Source: Bacillales bacterium
Lineage (GTDB): Bacteria; Bacillota_I; Bacilli_A; RF39; UBA660
Assembly (NCBI GenBank): GCA_016288795.1
Contig: JAEELI010000002.1
Span: 25,153-89,152, forward strand
Direction: 5' to 3'
DNA length: 64,000 bases
Positions within the stretch are counted from its first letter, which is position 1. The number at the start of each line of letters is the position of its first letter. Under the pieces are notes generated by a model. It had not been told where the DNA came from. It was given only the letters and a program-made list of their open reading frames with translations, and did not search any database. Made by a program: the position numbers and the translations under genes. Below are positions 42,041 to 52,729 of the stretch, in pieces.

Positions 42041-42423
42041 TATTTTGTCATTCCTTTCTTGACTAAGCGTCTACCTAATATTTCATACATTGAGTAAATT
42101 AATGCAAATAATAATATAAAACCAATTAGTAATTTAAGAAGAATAAAGATATTTAAAACTAACATTATAACTATAACTGTAGACATAATAAAGGCATTTA
42201 TTAAAGATATCTCTATTAATAAATAATGCATATTTAATTTACTCTTATCCAAATTAAATTTAGCAACTAAGTATGATATCTCCATTAGTTCATTATTCTT
42301 TTTGCTCTCCTTTTTACCCAAGTATTTTTTCAAATACCTTCTCTTTACTAAAAAATAATCTACTAAGAATATAATTAATAGTAAAACTAAAAATACTATT
42401 ATAGAAGCTTCCCTTTTATCCAT
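42040..42423 (-). CDS. Hypothetical membrane protein co-transcribed with leuS
   Basis: About three hydrophobic segments; RBS AGGAGG; stop overlaps leuS start. Confidence 0.75.
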   Translation of the reverse strand: MDKREASIIVFLVLLLIIFLVDYFLVKRRYLKKYLGKKESKKNNELMEISYLVAKFNLDKSKLNMHYLLIEISLINAFIMSTVIVIMLVLNIFILLKLLIGFILLFALIYSMYEILGRRLVKKGMTK

Positions 42424-42436
42424 AATTCCTCCTAAA

Positions 42437-42620
42437 TAAAAAAGATGGTTCCCAAAGGGTGAGATAAACTCACGGTACCACCTTTATTTTTTGCTCAATG
42501 TCTATATAGCGACTAACCTAACACATCCAAAAGCAAGTTCATAATATTTTCTTATTAGTTTTCACCAGCCACTAACTCTCTATAAAAGAATAATATTACT
42601 AATACTCTTTCTTCATCTGC
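42437..42620 (-). promoter_or_regulatory. T-box riboswitch (Leu)
   Basis: AGAGAG...GCTGGTGAAA stem I, GAA-CTT specifier, AAGGTGGTACCGTG T-box, terminator with U-run. Confidence 0.88.
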
Positions 42621-42632
42621 GCTTTTATTATA

Positions 42633-45044
42633 TTAAATTTGCTCAATATATTCAAGAAGTTTAATAAACATTTTTATAAATACTTCTCTTAAACCAACAC
42701 TTCTTAATTTTCTAATTGCTATTCTCTTTCGATTAATTGGTTCTTCTCCAAATATGATTGCTGCAATTCTTTCCTTTAAATATGTCTCTATTTTTAAATC
42801 ATTAATAATTTCATTAATATCTTCGTTGACAATTCTAACTGCATCTATTTCGATATTATTTCCCATGCAACTAATATTTAGTTGCTTTTTAGTATCTACA
42901 TTCTTAATATCTATAATAAAGTCATTATCATCTACATATGATTTAAATCCTTCCATCTTTTTGCCATTAATATCTACTGCTACTTTTTCTGGCTCTCTAG
43001 TATTTCTAAATCTAATGCGATAATCTCTATTATCAGGAATTATACCTGTTTTTCCCTCAACTGGTTGAATAGTCAATTGATAATTATCACTAGCATAATT
43101 GAAATCTATTGTATTAATAACATAGAAACCTTCTTCATATAGTGATGAATAGCCATCATCTTCATATAATCGATAAATGTTACTCTTTCCAGGGAAAATT
43201 TGTATTTCCATTCTCTTAGGAGAAGAAGTATCATTCAAATTATCTTTAATAATACTCAAAGGAACTATTGATCCTGCTTTAGCAAACACTGGATAATCTT
43301 CATCTTTATAGAATGATATATATCTTTTGTTTCCTACAAACTTCTTACCAGTTTTAAAATCATACCATATTCCTTTAGGTAGGAATATCTTTTCTACACT
43401 TCTATTCATGACTTCGTCTTTAGGTTTAGTAATCGGAGCCACTAATAACTCGGTGCCAAAATAATATTCATTTTTGTAATCAGGTTCATCGACTAATTCC
43501 GGATAATAATAATATAATGGTTGAATTACTGGTAAAAAATTAGTTCTATATTTATATCCCTCAGTGTATAAATAAGGAATTAGTCTATGTCTTAATTCAC
43601 AATACTCTTTAACGATAGTATATGTTTTCATATCCCAACGCCATGGTTCTCTTTTATAATATATTCCTCTTCGAGAACTAAATCTAAATATTGGACTAAA
43701 TGTTGAAAACTCGACATATCGCAAATATAATTCGCTATCTTCAACTCCGTTTTTGTATCCACCAACATCATGACTCCACCAAGAAAGTCCAATGTTACTA
43801 GCACTGGAATTAAATGATGGAAGATATTTTAAAGTTTTCCAACCAACTTGAGTTTCCCCAGAATAATGAACTGGATATAAATGAGATGCTTTACCACCAT
43901 TTCTAGATAATAACATACCTCTTTTATCTTGAAATTTTTTATAATCATTAAAATGATAATAATCTAAAATTCTAGTAGTTAATTCATCTTGACTATCTAT
44001 CCAAAAGAAATCTACTCCAGTTTCATATAATGGTTCAATTAAATTTTTAAAATAACTAATAATAAAATCTGAGTTTAGAACTTTGAAAGGAATAACATTT
44101 CCTTTTTCAATGCCCAAATCTTCACACATCTTTGAGTATCCTTCATTCATATCATTGATACCCTCAATTCCATCAAGATTTAGGCCAATTCTAACTCCAA
44201 TTTCATGCATATATTTTGTAAAATCCTTAGGATTTGGAAACAATTTATTATTAAATGTATAACCTGTTTTATATAAATTATAATTGCTTGCATCCTTTTT
44301 ATGCCAAAATTCACTAAGTAATAAAACAGATAAAGGAATTTCATGTTTATTAAAGGCTTGAACCAATTTCTTGGTGTCTTCATAACTATATATTTGATCT
44401 TTATTCCACCATATACCTAAAGCATATCTTGGTATTAAAGGTGGTTCTCCAGTTAAAGTAAAGTAATCTTTTAAACATAACCCAAAATCTCTTCTATAAA
44501 TGAATAAGTAAAAATCTTGATATTTTTTATCACTAGGCTCTAATAAACCATCTTTATTAATACGCATAGAGCGAGAATCATCTAAGTAAGCAAATCCGTC
44601 AGTTGAATACAAGCCTTTTCCTAAAGGGGTATCATAACCATACTCTTCTAGACTAAAAGCGCTTCCTTTAAAGTTTCTTGCTTCCGGATGATTTACATAC
44701 CATATTCTATCAGTATTAACTAATTTAACTTTCAAATTAGAATCCGGAGCAAAAGATGGCCCCTTAAATGGTTTTTCTTTAGCATATTGTAAAACAAAGT
44801 ATTTGGTAGTTATAACTAAAAATTTATCATCTTGCTCAGTTTTTATTTTAGGAGAGTTTGAAAACGTTCTATTATGAACTAATTCAGTCGCGCCATCATA
44901 AAACTTTCCGTCTAGAGAATATTCAAAACGGATTAAACGATCAGTTAAAATAGTAATACGATAATTAACCCCTTTAAAGGTATATTTACTATCACTAATT
45001 AGCTTTTCTGCATCAATTTTAAAATGATCACCTAAACTAGCCAT
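42633..45044 (-). CDS. Glycoside hydrolase family 31 protein
   Basis: TLTGEPPLIPRYALGIWW, FFWID, WWSHDVGG, FSPIFR, ELLVAPI, LYEDDG. Confidence 0.88.
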   Translation of the reverse strand: MASLGDHFKIDAEKLISDSKYTFKGVNYRITILTDRLIRFEYSLDGKFYDGATELVHNRTFSNSPKIKTEQDDKFLVITTKYFVLQYAKEKPFKGPSFAPDSNLKVKLVNTDRIWYVNHPEARNFKGSAFSLEEYGYDTPLGKGLYSTDGFAYLDDSRSMRINKDGLLEPSDKKYQDFYLFIYRRDFGLCLKDYFTLTGEPPLIPRYALGIWWNKDQIYSYEDTKKLVQAFNKHEIPLSVLLLSEFWHKKDASNYNLYKTGYTFNNKLFPNPKDFTKYMHEIGVRIGLNLDGIEGINDMNEGYSKMCEDLGIEKGNVIPFKVLNSDFIISYFKNLIEPLYETGVDFFWIDSQDELTTRILDYYHFNDYKKFQDKRGMLLSRNGGKASHLYPVHYSGETQVGWKTLKYLPSFNSSASNIGLSWWSHDVGGYKNGVEDSELYLRYVEFSTFSPIFRFSSRRGIYYKREPWRWDMKTYTIVKEYCELRHRLIPYLYTEGYKYRTNFLPVIQPLYYYYPELVDEPDYKNEYYFGTELLVAPITKPKDEVMNRSVEKIFLPKGIWYDFKTGKKFVGNKRYISFYKDEDYPVFAKAGSIVPLSIIKDNLNDTSSPKRMEIQIFPGKSNIYRLYEDDGYSSLYEEGFYVINTIDFNYASDNYQLTIQPVEGKTGIIPDNRDYRIRFRNTREPEKVAVDINGKKMEGFKSYVDDNDFIIDIKNVDTKKQLNISCMGNNIEIDAVRIVNEDINEIINDLKIETYLKERIAAIIFGEEPINRKRIAIRKLRSVGLREVFIKMFIKLLEYIEQI

Positions 45045-45126
45045 AACCTACCTTCTCCTATTATATAGGATATCAAAAATGCAAGATTTTTTCAATAAAA
45101 AAGAGATTATTAATCTCAATAAAATA

Positions 45127-45465
45127 CTAATCGAAATATAATGTGCAATATGCTGTCCCATCACTAGTTATCGTTATTTTATTGCTATTAGCGCTAAAAG
45201 GAACATTTACTATATCGCCATTATTATTTAAACACACTGATTTCGTTGTATTTAGAGTTTTTCCTGTTGGAAAAGTTTCATTATTATATCTAATATAACT
45301 ACCATTTTGTTTAACATATATAGCTATTCCATTTTGTTTCATAGCAAGTTTTTTTAATTCTAACCTATTTTGATGAGTTTTATACAATAGAAAAGCACAA
45401 CATAATGAAATAATTATGAATATACAAGATAATATTACTTTATGATGACTGATAATATTTTTCAT
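45127..45465 (-). CDS. Hypothetical membrane-anchored protein
   Basis: N-terminal TM; ends CTLYFD. Confidence 0.65.
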   Translation of the reverse strand: MKNIISHHKVILSCIFIIISLCCAFLLYKTHQNRLELKKLAMKQNGIAIYVKQNGSYIRYNNETFPTGKTLNTTKSVCLNNNGDIVNVPFSANSNKITITSDGTAYCTLYFD

Positions 45466-45539
45466 TAAATCTCACTTTCTATTCTATATGTTAAGTATAA
45501 ACTAATAAAAAAAAATAATCAACAATTAAAAAGAATAAG

Positions 45540-46622
45540 TTAATTAAACTTATCCTTCATTTCTTCTAAAAACTTTTCATTATCAAAGTAATCTATTTTC
45601 ATGTGTTTTCTAACATCTTCCAAAGTCTCATTTGCTTTTTTATTAGCAATCTCAGTTCCTTTTTTCAATACATCATATACATAATCTAAATCTTTAACCA
45701 ATTCTTCTCTCTTTTCTCTAATAGGTTTGATTGTATCACATAAAATGTTAGCTAAGAACTTTTTAATTGTTACATCTCCTAAACCACCTTTTTGATAATG
45801 ACTTTTTAATTCATCTAAACTGTTATACTCTGGCAAATACTTAGCAAAATCTTCAGGTGAACAAAATACATCTAAATAAGTAAAAACAACGTTTCCTTCG
45901 ATTTTGCCTGGGTCCGTTACTTTAATATGATCAGGATCTGTATACATTTGCATTACTTTTTTTCTAATATCTTCTTCACTATCGTCTAAATATATACAAT
46001 TACCTAAGCTTTTACTCATTTTGCTCTTTCCATCAATTCCAGGTAATCTTTTAGCAGTCTTACTTTCTGGCAGTAATTCCTTAGGCTCAACTAAAGTTTC
46101 TCCATAAATTCTATTAAATGAATGAACTATTTCTCTTGCTTGTTCAATCATTGGTAATTGATCTTCACCTACTGGTATAGTTGTAGCTTTAAATGCAGTG
46201 ATATCAGCTGTTTGACTAACCGGATAATTTAAAAATCCAGAAGGAATAGATTCTTCAAATCCTCTTAGACCCAATTCTTGTTTAACAGTCGGATTACGAT
46301 ACAATCTTGATACTGTAACTAAATTCATATAATAAAAAGTTAACTCTGTTAATGCTGGTATTTGAGATTGAATAAAAATATGAGTTTTTTCTGGATCAAT
46401 TCCACACGCCAAATAAAATAGTGCCACTTCTAAAACATTATCACGAACTTTATCTGGATTATCAAAGTTATCAGTTAATGCTTGACTATCTGCAATCATC
46501 AAATATATTTCGTCATAATCACCGCTATTTTGTAATTTAACTCGATTTCTTAAAGAACCAACGTAGTGCCCTAAGTGAAGTTTTCCTGTTGGTCTATCAC
46601 CAGTTAAAATTATCTTTTTCAT
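45540..46622 (-). CDS. trpS: Tryptophan-tRNA ligase
   Basis: TGDRPTGKLHLGH, YPVSQTADI, VGEDQ, KMSKS. Confidence 0.97.
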   Translation of the reverse strand: MKKIILTGDRPTGKLHLGHYVGSLRNRVKLQNSGDYDEIYLMIADSQALTDNFDNPDKVRDNVLEVALFYLACGIDPEKTHIFIQSQIPALTELTFYYMNLVTVSRLYRNPTVKQELGLRGFEESIPSGFLNYPVSQTADITAFKATTIPVGEDQLPMIEQAREIVHSFNRIYGETLVEPKELLPESKTAKRLPGIDGKSKMSKSLGNCIYLDDSEEDIRKKVMQMYTDPDHIKVTDPGKIEGNVVFTYLDVFCSPEDFAKYLPEYNSLDELKSHYQKGGLGDVTIKKFLANILCDTIKPIREKREELVKDLDYVYDVLKKGTEIANKKANETLEDVRKHMKIDYFDNEKFLEEMKDKFN

Positions 46623-46715
46623 AATATCACCTTTTTCAAAAGTATTATAACACACCTATTTTTATTATTCTATGGTATACTTTAATTATATATTATTTAT
46701 AAGAGGTGAATAATA

Positions 46716-48074
46716 ATGTTAAAATATGAAACAAATTCAAAATTAGTTCAAAAAGGACAAGTGTTTGTAGCTATCAAGGGGCACACTGTCGATGGTCACG
46801 AATATATAGAAGAAGCTATTAAAAATGGAGCTTCTAAAATAATTAGTGAAAAAGATTTAAATATAAGTGTGCCCTATGAAAAAGTTGAAGATACAAAAAA
46901 ATATTTAGATGATATATTAGTTAAAGAATATAAAAATGAAATTAATAAAATAAAAATTATTGGAATTACTGGAACTAATGGTAAAACTACTAGTTGTTTT
47001 TTAACATATCAAATGTTACTTAAATTAAATAAAAATGCAGCATATTTAGGCACTATTGGCTATTATAGAAAAGATTATTATCAAATCATGAATAATACTA
47101 CTCCAGATATTTTGACTCTATATAAGATACTTATGGACGCTAGAGATAATAATGTTGAATACTTAGTTATGGAAGTATCTAGTCATGCTCTATCATATGA
47201 AAGAATTAAAGGATTAAAACTAATATGTGGAGCTTTCACTAACTTAACTGAAGATCATTTGGATTATCATAAGACAATGGAAGCTTATTTAAATGAAAAA
47301 TTAAAAATAACAAACTATCTAACTAAAGATGGCGTAATGATACTTAATAGTGATGATAAAGCTTCCCAAAGTTTTATGAATAAATATCCAAATTATAAAA
47401 CTTATGGTTTAAATGGTGATTATAAAATAGTTAATTATGAAATATTACCAAATAAAACTAATTTAGAATTCTCTTATGATAATAAAACTTATAATGTAAC
47501 AACTAATTTAACAAGTAAATTTAATATATATAATTATTTAACTTGCGTTGGAATCTTAAACAGTATTGGTTTTGAATTAAATGAATTAATAAAAATAACT
47601 AAAGATATCTACCCTCCTAAAGGAAGATGCGAAACTTATAAAGTTGGTAAAGGATATGCAATAGTTGATTATGCTCATACTCCGGATGCTGTTCAAAAAG
47701 TTATTGAAGCTTATTTAGAATTAAAACAAAATAGGATAATAACTATTATAGGCTGTGGTGGCGATAGAGACCCAATTAAAAGACCTATTATGGGTGATAT
47801 TGCTACAAAACTATCTGATTATGTTATATTTACTAATGATAATCCTAGAACAGAAGATCCAGTTAAAATAATGGATGATATTATTAAAGGAGTTCATAGT
47901 GACAATTATGAGATTATCCATGATAGAAAGAAAGCCATTATAAAAGGGATTGAAATGATGGAAGATAATGATATATTACTAGTTTTAGGTAAAGGTCATG
48001 AAGACTATCAAATAATTGGTCATGAGAAAATACATTTTGATGATGCAGAAATAATTCAAAAATATGAATATTAA
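46716..48074 (+). CDS. murE: UDP-MurNAc-tripeptide synthetase
   Basis: GITGTNGKTT, MEVSSHA, DHLDYH, DYAHTPD, DNPR, GKGHE. Confidence 0.95.
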   Translation: MLKYETNSKLVQKGQVFVAIKGHTVDGHEYIEEAIKNGASKIISEKDLNISVPYEKVEDTKKYLDDILVKEYKNEINKIKIIGITGTNGKTTSCFLTYQMLLKLNKNAAYLGTIGYYRKDYYQIMNNTTPDILTLYKILMDARDNNVEYLVMEVSSHALSYERIKGLKLICGAFTNLTEDHLDYHKTMEAYLNEKLKITNYLTKDGVMILNSDDKASQSFMNKYPNYKTYGLNGDYKIVNYEILPNKTNLEFSYDNKTYNVTTNLTSKFNIYNYLTCVGILNSIGFELNELIKITKDIYPPKGRCETYKVGKGYAIVDYAHTPDAVQKVIEAYLELKQNRIITIIGCGGDRDPIKRPIMGDIATKLSDYVIFTNDNPRTEDPVKIMDDIIKGVHSDNYEIIHDRKKAIIKGIEMMEDNDILLVLGKGHEDYQIIGHEKIHFDDAEIIQKYEY

Positions 48075-48116
48075 CAAATGACAAATAATATGTTATATTA
48101 TGATTAGGAGGAAAAG

Positions 48117-48356
48117 ATGCATTATTTAGTAGCCATTTTAATTGGTGCTGTATCTGGATGGTTAGCCGGATTAATAATGGGTTCAAAAGGTGGTTTAATT
48201 AGAAATATCATCTTAGGTATTGCTGGTGGTTTTGTCGGCAGTTTCATTTTTAGATTATTACCTATTTCTGTTGCTGATGGTTACCTTGGAACAATCATTA
48301 CTTCCGTTGTTGGAGCAGCATTAATAATTTTCATAGTTAATAGATTCATAAAATAA
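48117..48356 (+). CDS. GlsB/YeaQ/YmgE family membrane protein
   Basis: GWLAG...NIILGIAGGFVG...VVGA. Confidence 0.88.
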   Translation: MHYLVAILIGAVSGWLAGLIMGSKGGLIRNIILGIAGGFVGSFIFRLLPISVADGYLGTIITSVVGAALIIFIVNRFIK

Positions 48357-48369
48357 AACAGATTATTTA

Positions 48370-48960
48370 TTAATCTGTTTTATTTAATTTTATAATCATT
48401 TTTCTAACAACATCTTCTAAGTATTTAACTTTATCTTCGTCTTTTATCTTCTCTACGTATATTGGTTTGCCAAATACTATTTTAGGATGGGAACGAAATT
48501 TCCAATTAGATTTCATTGCAAAAGGAATAATTGGAACCCCAGTTTTTTCAGCAAAACTAATTACTCCAGGTTTAAATGGTAATATCAAATCTTTTTTATG
48601 ATATGTTCCCTCGGGAAAAATTCCAATAATTTTTCCTCTATTTAATAAATCGATTACTTCCTTCTTTGCTTCTGGATTTTTTTGAGAGCGATCTATTCTT
48701 ATTAGATGCATCATTTTGAAAAACCAAGCAGATGAGCCATCAAACAGTTCCTTTTTTCCCAAAAAATGAATAGGTCTATTAGTAGCTTTATATAACATGT
48801 AAGCATCATAATTGCTTAAATGGTTACCAGCTAGTATATATGCTCCTTTTTTGGGAATATTTTCCTTTCCTGAAACTTTACCGCCAAACCAAATATTACC
48901 TGCAAACTTTATTATATGAGAAACAATTTGATAACCTATATAAGATTTATGCTTCCTCAT
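48370..48960 (-). CDS. plsC: 1-acyl-sn-glycerol-3-phosphate acyltransferase
   Basis: NHLSNYD, FPEGT, PFKPG. Confidence 0.88.
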   Translation of the reverse strand: MRKHKSYIGYQIVSHIIKFAGNIWFGGKVSGKENIPKKGAYILAGNHLSNYDAYMLYKATNRPIHFLGKKELFDGSSAWFFKMMHLIRIDRSQKNPEAKKEVIDLLNRGKIIGIFPEGTYHKKDLILPFKPGVISFAEKTGVPIIPFAMKSNWKFRSHPKIVFGKPIYVEKIKDEDKVKYLEDVVRKMIIKLNKTD

Positions 48961-50674
48961 TTTTATTTTCCTCTTCTAGTTTAGTAAAAGCAACTTTACC
49001 AACTAAAGTTGTAGGTAATTTTTTACGATATTCATAAGATTTAGGTAAAGAATACTTACTAATATTCTTACGGCATAATTCTTGAATTTCCTTTTTTAAT
49101 TCTGAAGTTTCCTCAACTCCATCTTTTAAAACAATATAGGCTTTAGCAACTTGGCCTTTGTATGGATGAGGAACTCCAATAACTGTACATGCTAAAACGT
49201 CTTTATGACTAACAATAACATTTTCAATATATGATGGATATATATTATAACCAGAAGATATAATAATTCTTTTTATTCTTTGTTTAAATATAATTATACC
49301 TTCTTTAGTCATACAACCAACATCACCGGTATGTAACCACACTTTTCCATCATCATGATATCTTAATGTTTGATTGGTTTCTAATTCATTATTTAAATAT
49401 CCCATCATTACTGTAGGACCACTTATACATATTTCACCATCTTCACCAAATGGAGCATTTTCATGAGAATCTATTTTAACTATTTTAAAATATGTATCAG
49501 GGAATGGTATACCAATGCAACCATCAGCAATATATCCGTCTTCATTTGTTAAGCAGGTTGCTGCAGTTGCTTCAGTTAGACCAAAACCTGGTCTAACGCT
49601 GGCATATGAGCCATGGTCATGAAGATATTCATCAACTTTTTTCTTTAACTCTGGAGTTAATATATCTCCCCCAGAGATAACAGCTTCAACACATTCCAAA
49701 TCATTACTTTTTAATTTTTGTTTTAATAAAGCCTCATATAAAGTTGGAACTCCTACTATAAAGTTTGGTTTAGTTCTTTTAATTAAATCACCAAATTGTT
49801 TGGCATCAAACTGAGGTATTAATATACATTTCATTGCACTAATTAATGGAGTATGAATACATACAGCTAAACCAAAGCCGTGAAATATAGGCAATAGTGA
49901 TAAAACTGAATTACCTGGTATAGTTTGTTTTATCATTTCATGAGCTCCCAAGGCTAAGGAATTGAAATTAAGATTAGATAGCATAATGCCCTTAGGAGTA
50001 CCAGTTGTTCCCCCACTATATAGTATTACTGCTAAATCATTAGCTCCTCTAGCTTCATGACAAACTCCAACAAAATCTGGGGCTGAAGCAATAAAATGAT
50101 TCCATAAAACTATATCTTCATCATCTTTAGGTATTTTTATTTTTTTCTTATAATTAGTAACTTTATACAAATAATGCATAAATGGTGGCATTGATGTATC
50201 AGGAGATGCCACAATTATTTTTTGCAACTTAGTATTCCTTTTTATTTTTAATGCTTTTTCTAAGCAACTATCTAAGATAACCATAAATTTAGATTCTGCT
50301 TGATTAACATAATTTTCTATTTCTTTTTCTGAAGATAAAGGATGTATCATAGATACTACTGCTCCAATTAAATTAACTGCATAAACTGTGCAGATTGCTT
50401 CTGGAGTAGATGGCATACAAATAGTTACCCGATCATCTTTGTCCACCCCATAATTCTTCAATGCTTTAGCAACATCCTCTATTTGTTTCATAAATACTCG
50501 ATAAGTTATTTTTTTACCAAAGTATTCATAAGCATAATACTCCGGATATTTTCTAGATACTGCCATTAAAGCATCAACCATACTACCTGATGGATACTCT
50601 AGGTTTGGTCTAGCATCTTGATATTCTTTTAGCCAAGGCCTTAATAATTCATCTTTAGTCAATTTTGATTTCAT
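48947..50674 (-). CDS. Long-chain fatty acid-CoA ligase (AMP-binding)
   Basis: YSGGTTGTPKG, GFGLTE, WLHTGD, SGYNIYP, GK. Confidence 0.92.
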   Translation of the reverse strand: MKSKLTKDELLRPWLKEYQDARPNLEYPSGSMVDALMAVSRKYPEYYAYEYFGKKITYRVFMKQIEDVAKALKNYGVDKDDRVTICMPSTPEAICTVYAVNLIGAVVSMIHPLSSEKEIENYVNQAESKFMVILDSCLEKALKIKRNTKLQKIIVASPDTSMPPFMHYLYKVTNYKKKIKIPKDDEDIVLWNHFIASAPDFVGVCHEARGANDLAVILYSGGTTGTPKGIMLSNLNFNSLALGAHEMIKQTIPGNSVLSLLPIFHGFGLAVCIHTPLISAMKCILIPQFDAKQFGDLIKRTKPNFIVGVPTLYEALLKQKLKSNDLECVEAVISGGDILTPELKKKVDEYLHDHGSYASVRPGFGLTEATAATCLTNEDGYIADGCIGIPFPDTYFKIVKIDSHENAPFGEDGEICISGPTVMMGYLNNELETNQTLRYHDDGKVWLHTGDVGCMTKEGIIIFKQRIKRIIISSGYNIYPSYIENVIVSHKDVLACTVIGVPHPYKGQVAKAYIVLKDGVEETSELKKEIQELCRKNISKYSLPKSYEYRKKLPTTLVGKVAFTKLEEENKNEEA

Positions 50675-51533
50675 CTTTTGCACTACCCTCTAATAATTTT
50701 GGATTATTTAATATATGTTGTATTAATTTGACTGACTTAATTAAGTAAAAACCATCTGAGGTTCTTTCATCCATTGTCATTCCAAATTCGCAATAATATT
50801 TTTTTTCAACCTTTCCATTTACTTTTACTTCTTCTTCTTTTATTTCTCCCATAGTAACTAATCCAGGGCTTGTTCCAAATTCAGTAACATTGTGATAAAT
50901 ACCCCCAAATTTTAAACTACCTAAATTAGATAATATCATACTGCTATAATATAAATTATCTTTAACTAATGAAGAAGGTAATTTTCCTTTTTTATCTAAC
51001 CATTTTAAAAATCCTACAACAGGTATTCTAATTGGATTAGGCATCTTTCCTAACACATTAATTGCGTCATTCGCACCTTCTCCAGTATCTCCTTCTTTTC
51101 TAATACTATTGACCTTATCAGCAATCTTCTTGCCAAATGTCCAAATATTATCATCTTCTTCTAAAGGCATAACTACCATTATTTCATCAGATGTATCATT
51201 AAAATCTATTTTCATAACAAATGCTAAGCTAACATCATTATGCTCATATACATGCCTATTAGCAACAAATCTATTTAATATCGGTCTATTGTATATTGTT
51301 TTACCAATAGTCAACGCAAAAGCATGAAAATAAGTTATATTATTACCTTTTTTCTTTTGATCTTCAATATAGTGAACTAAATTAGTTACATCCATTTTTT
51401 GATTTATATAAAGTTCACTCATATATCTTTTGGGTTTTAAATCAATACATATTTGGGTCATGCCACCAATATCGCGACAACGTCTTGCATCTTTTCTATC
51501 TCCAAATCTTCTCTTATACTTCTTCTTTTCCAT
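50655..51533 (-). CDS. Stand-alone 2-oxoacid dehydrogenase E2-like acyltransferase domain
   Basis: LSNLGS and TMDERTSDG (DHRxxDG-like); no lipoyl domain. Confidence 0.8.
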   Translation of the reverse strand: MEKKKYKRRFGDRKDARRCRDIGGMTQICIDLKPKRYMSELYINQKMDVTNLVHYIEDQKKKGNNITYFHAFALTIGKTIYNRPILNRFVANRHVYEHNDVSLAFVMKIDFNDTSDEIMVVMPLEEDDNIWTFGKKIADKVNSIRKEGDTGEGANDAINVLGKMPNPIRIPVVGFLKWLDKKGKLPSSLVKDNLYYSSMILSNLGSLKFGGIYHNVTEFGTSPGLVTMGEIKEEEVKVNGKVEKKYYCEFGMTMDERTSDGFYLIKSVKLIQHILNNPKLLEGSAKDEIKID

Positions 51534-51593
51534 ACTTACCCTTTCATTTTATGTTGAAATATTTTTTATCTATGCTATAATAGTTTACGTAAC

Positions 51594-51667
51594 GCAGGTG
51601 TAGTTTAATGGTAGAACTATAGCCTTCCAAGCTATTAACGTGGGTTCGATTCCCATCACCTGCTCCA
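51594..51667 (+). tRNA. tRNA-Gly (TCC)
   Basis: Cloverleaf; anticodon arm ATAGC-CTTCCAA-GCTAT; GGTTCGATTCC; CCA end. Confidence 0.97.
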
Positions 51668-51809
51668 TAGATTATTCAAAAGTCCGTTTATTCGGGCTTT
51701 TTTCATTTTCTAAATATCAAAATTACAACTTTTTTTATTATCTAATAAAATCTGCGATAATTCTCCCAAAATAATTCAACCTTCCAACATCAATTATATC
51801 ATATTTATT
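51652..51809 (+). repeat. 158-bp direct repeat, copy 1 (tRNA-Gly 3' end plus downstream)
   Basis: Matches 52887-53044 with 3 mismatches by manual comparison. Confidence 0.92.
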
Positions 51810-51904
51810 ATTTTTTTATATAAAAACATTTAAAAAGATGAGCAAACACTCATCCATAGCTTATAATTTAAATTTCTATTTTATTATTAACAATAAAACA
51901 ATTA

Positions 51905-52729
51905 TTATTGATTATGTGTATTAAAACACCATGAAGCCAAGTCGTGATTAACATAACAATAACTGCCACTTCCTACTACTACGCGTCCATCATCATGAAT
52001 ATAAATATATAGATCATCAAAATTAGACTCTTCTTTTTGACATAAAACATAATTTTGATTTTCTTGATCAGTTTTTGCACAAGTCCACCCAACTTTTTCA
52101 AATTTCGTTTTATAATCACTAACATTATTCCAATCATTAGGTTTTACGCATATAGTATTACTATTAGTTATAATACAAGCTTCACTATCAATTCTATCAT
52201 ATTTGTATCCAGTTTCATGTTCTACACATTTATAATAACTACCTTCTCCAATGTATATGTTAGAACTTCCATCACATTTTAAACCTTTATTAATATAACT
52301 TGAAAAAAAGTTGTTAAAGTCTTCTTTTGAATAAAAACCATATGTGAAATACTCAATTGTATCTTTATCACTTTCATATGTACCATAAAAAACCTCGATT
52401 ACAGGATTTGCTGATATGGCCTCACTAATAGTTTCTTTTATAAAGAATTTTTTGTTTAGTGTTTTATAATCACTCACTTTTTTTGCTAAAGAACTTGGTG
52501 TAAACTCACCATTTTCCTCAATACTGTAATACATTACTTTGTTACTTGAACTATTACTCTGTTCTCTTTTTTCTGTTTCATCATTGTTTATTGGTAATTG
52601 TTTATTATTCGTTTTATAAAAAAAATAACCTATACCTATACCAATTAATACAACTACTCCAATTAAAATAATATATAATGATATATTATTTTTCTTTTTT
52701 TCAACATTTTGAATATTATTTTCTTCCAC
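51905..52729 (-). CDS. Membrane-anchored protein with Cys-rich C-terminal domain
   Basis: N-terminal TM; C-terminus resembles that of 32440-33453. Confidence 0.75.
   Translation of the reverse strand: MEENNIQNVEKKKNNISLYIILIGVVVLIGIGIGYFFYKTNNKQLPINNDETEKREQSNSSSNKVMYYSIEENGEFTPSSLAKKVSDYKTLNKKFFIKETISEAISANPVIEVFYGTYESDKDTIEYFTYGFYSKEDFNNFFSSYINKGLKCDGSSNIYIGEGSYYKCVEHETGYKYDRIDSEACIITNSNTICVKPNDWNNVSDYKTKFEKVGWTCAKTDQENQNYVLCQKEESNFDDLYIYIHDDGRVVVGSGSYCYVNHDLASWCFNTHNQ

Noticed and set aside
51721-51777. Short minus-strand ORF (MGELSQILLDNKKSCNFDI) inside the 158-bp repeat
   Set aside because: Only 19 codons with a TTG start and no recognisable motif; probably a truncated gene start
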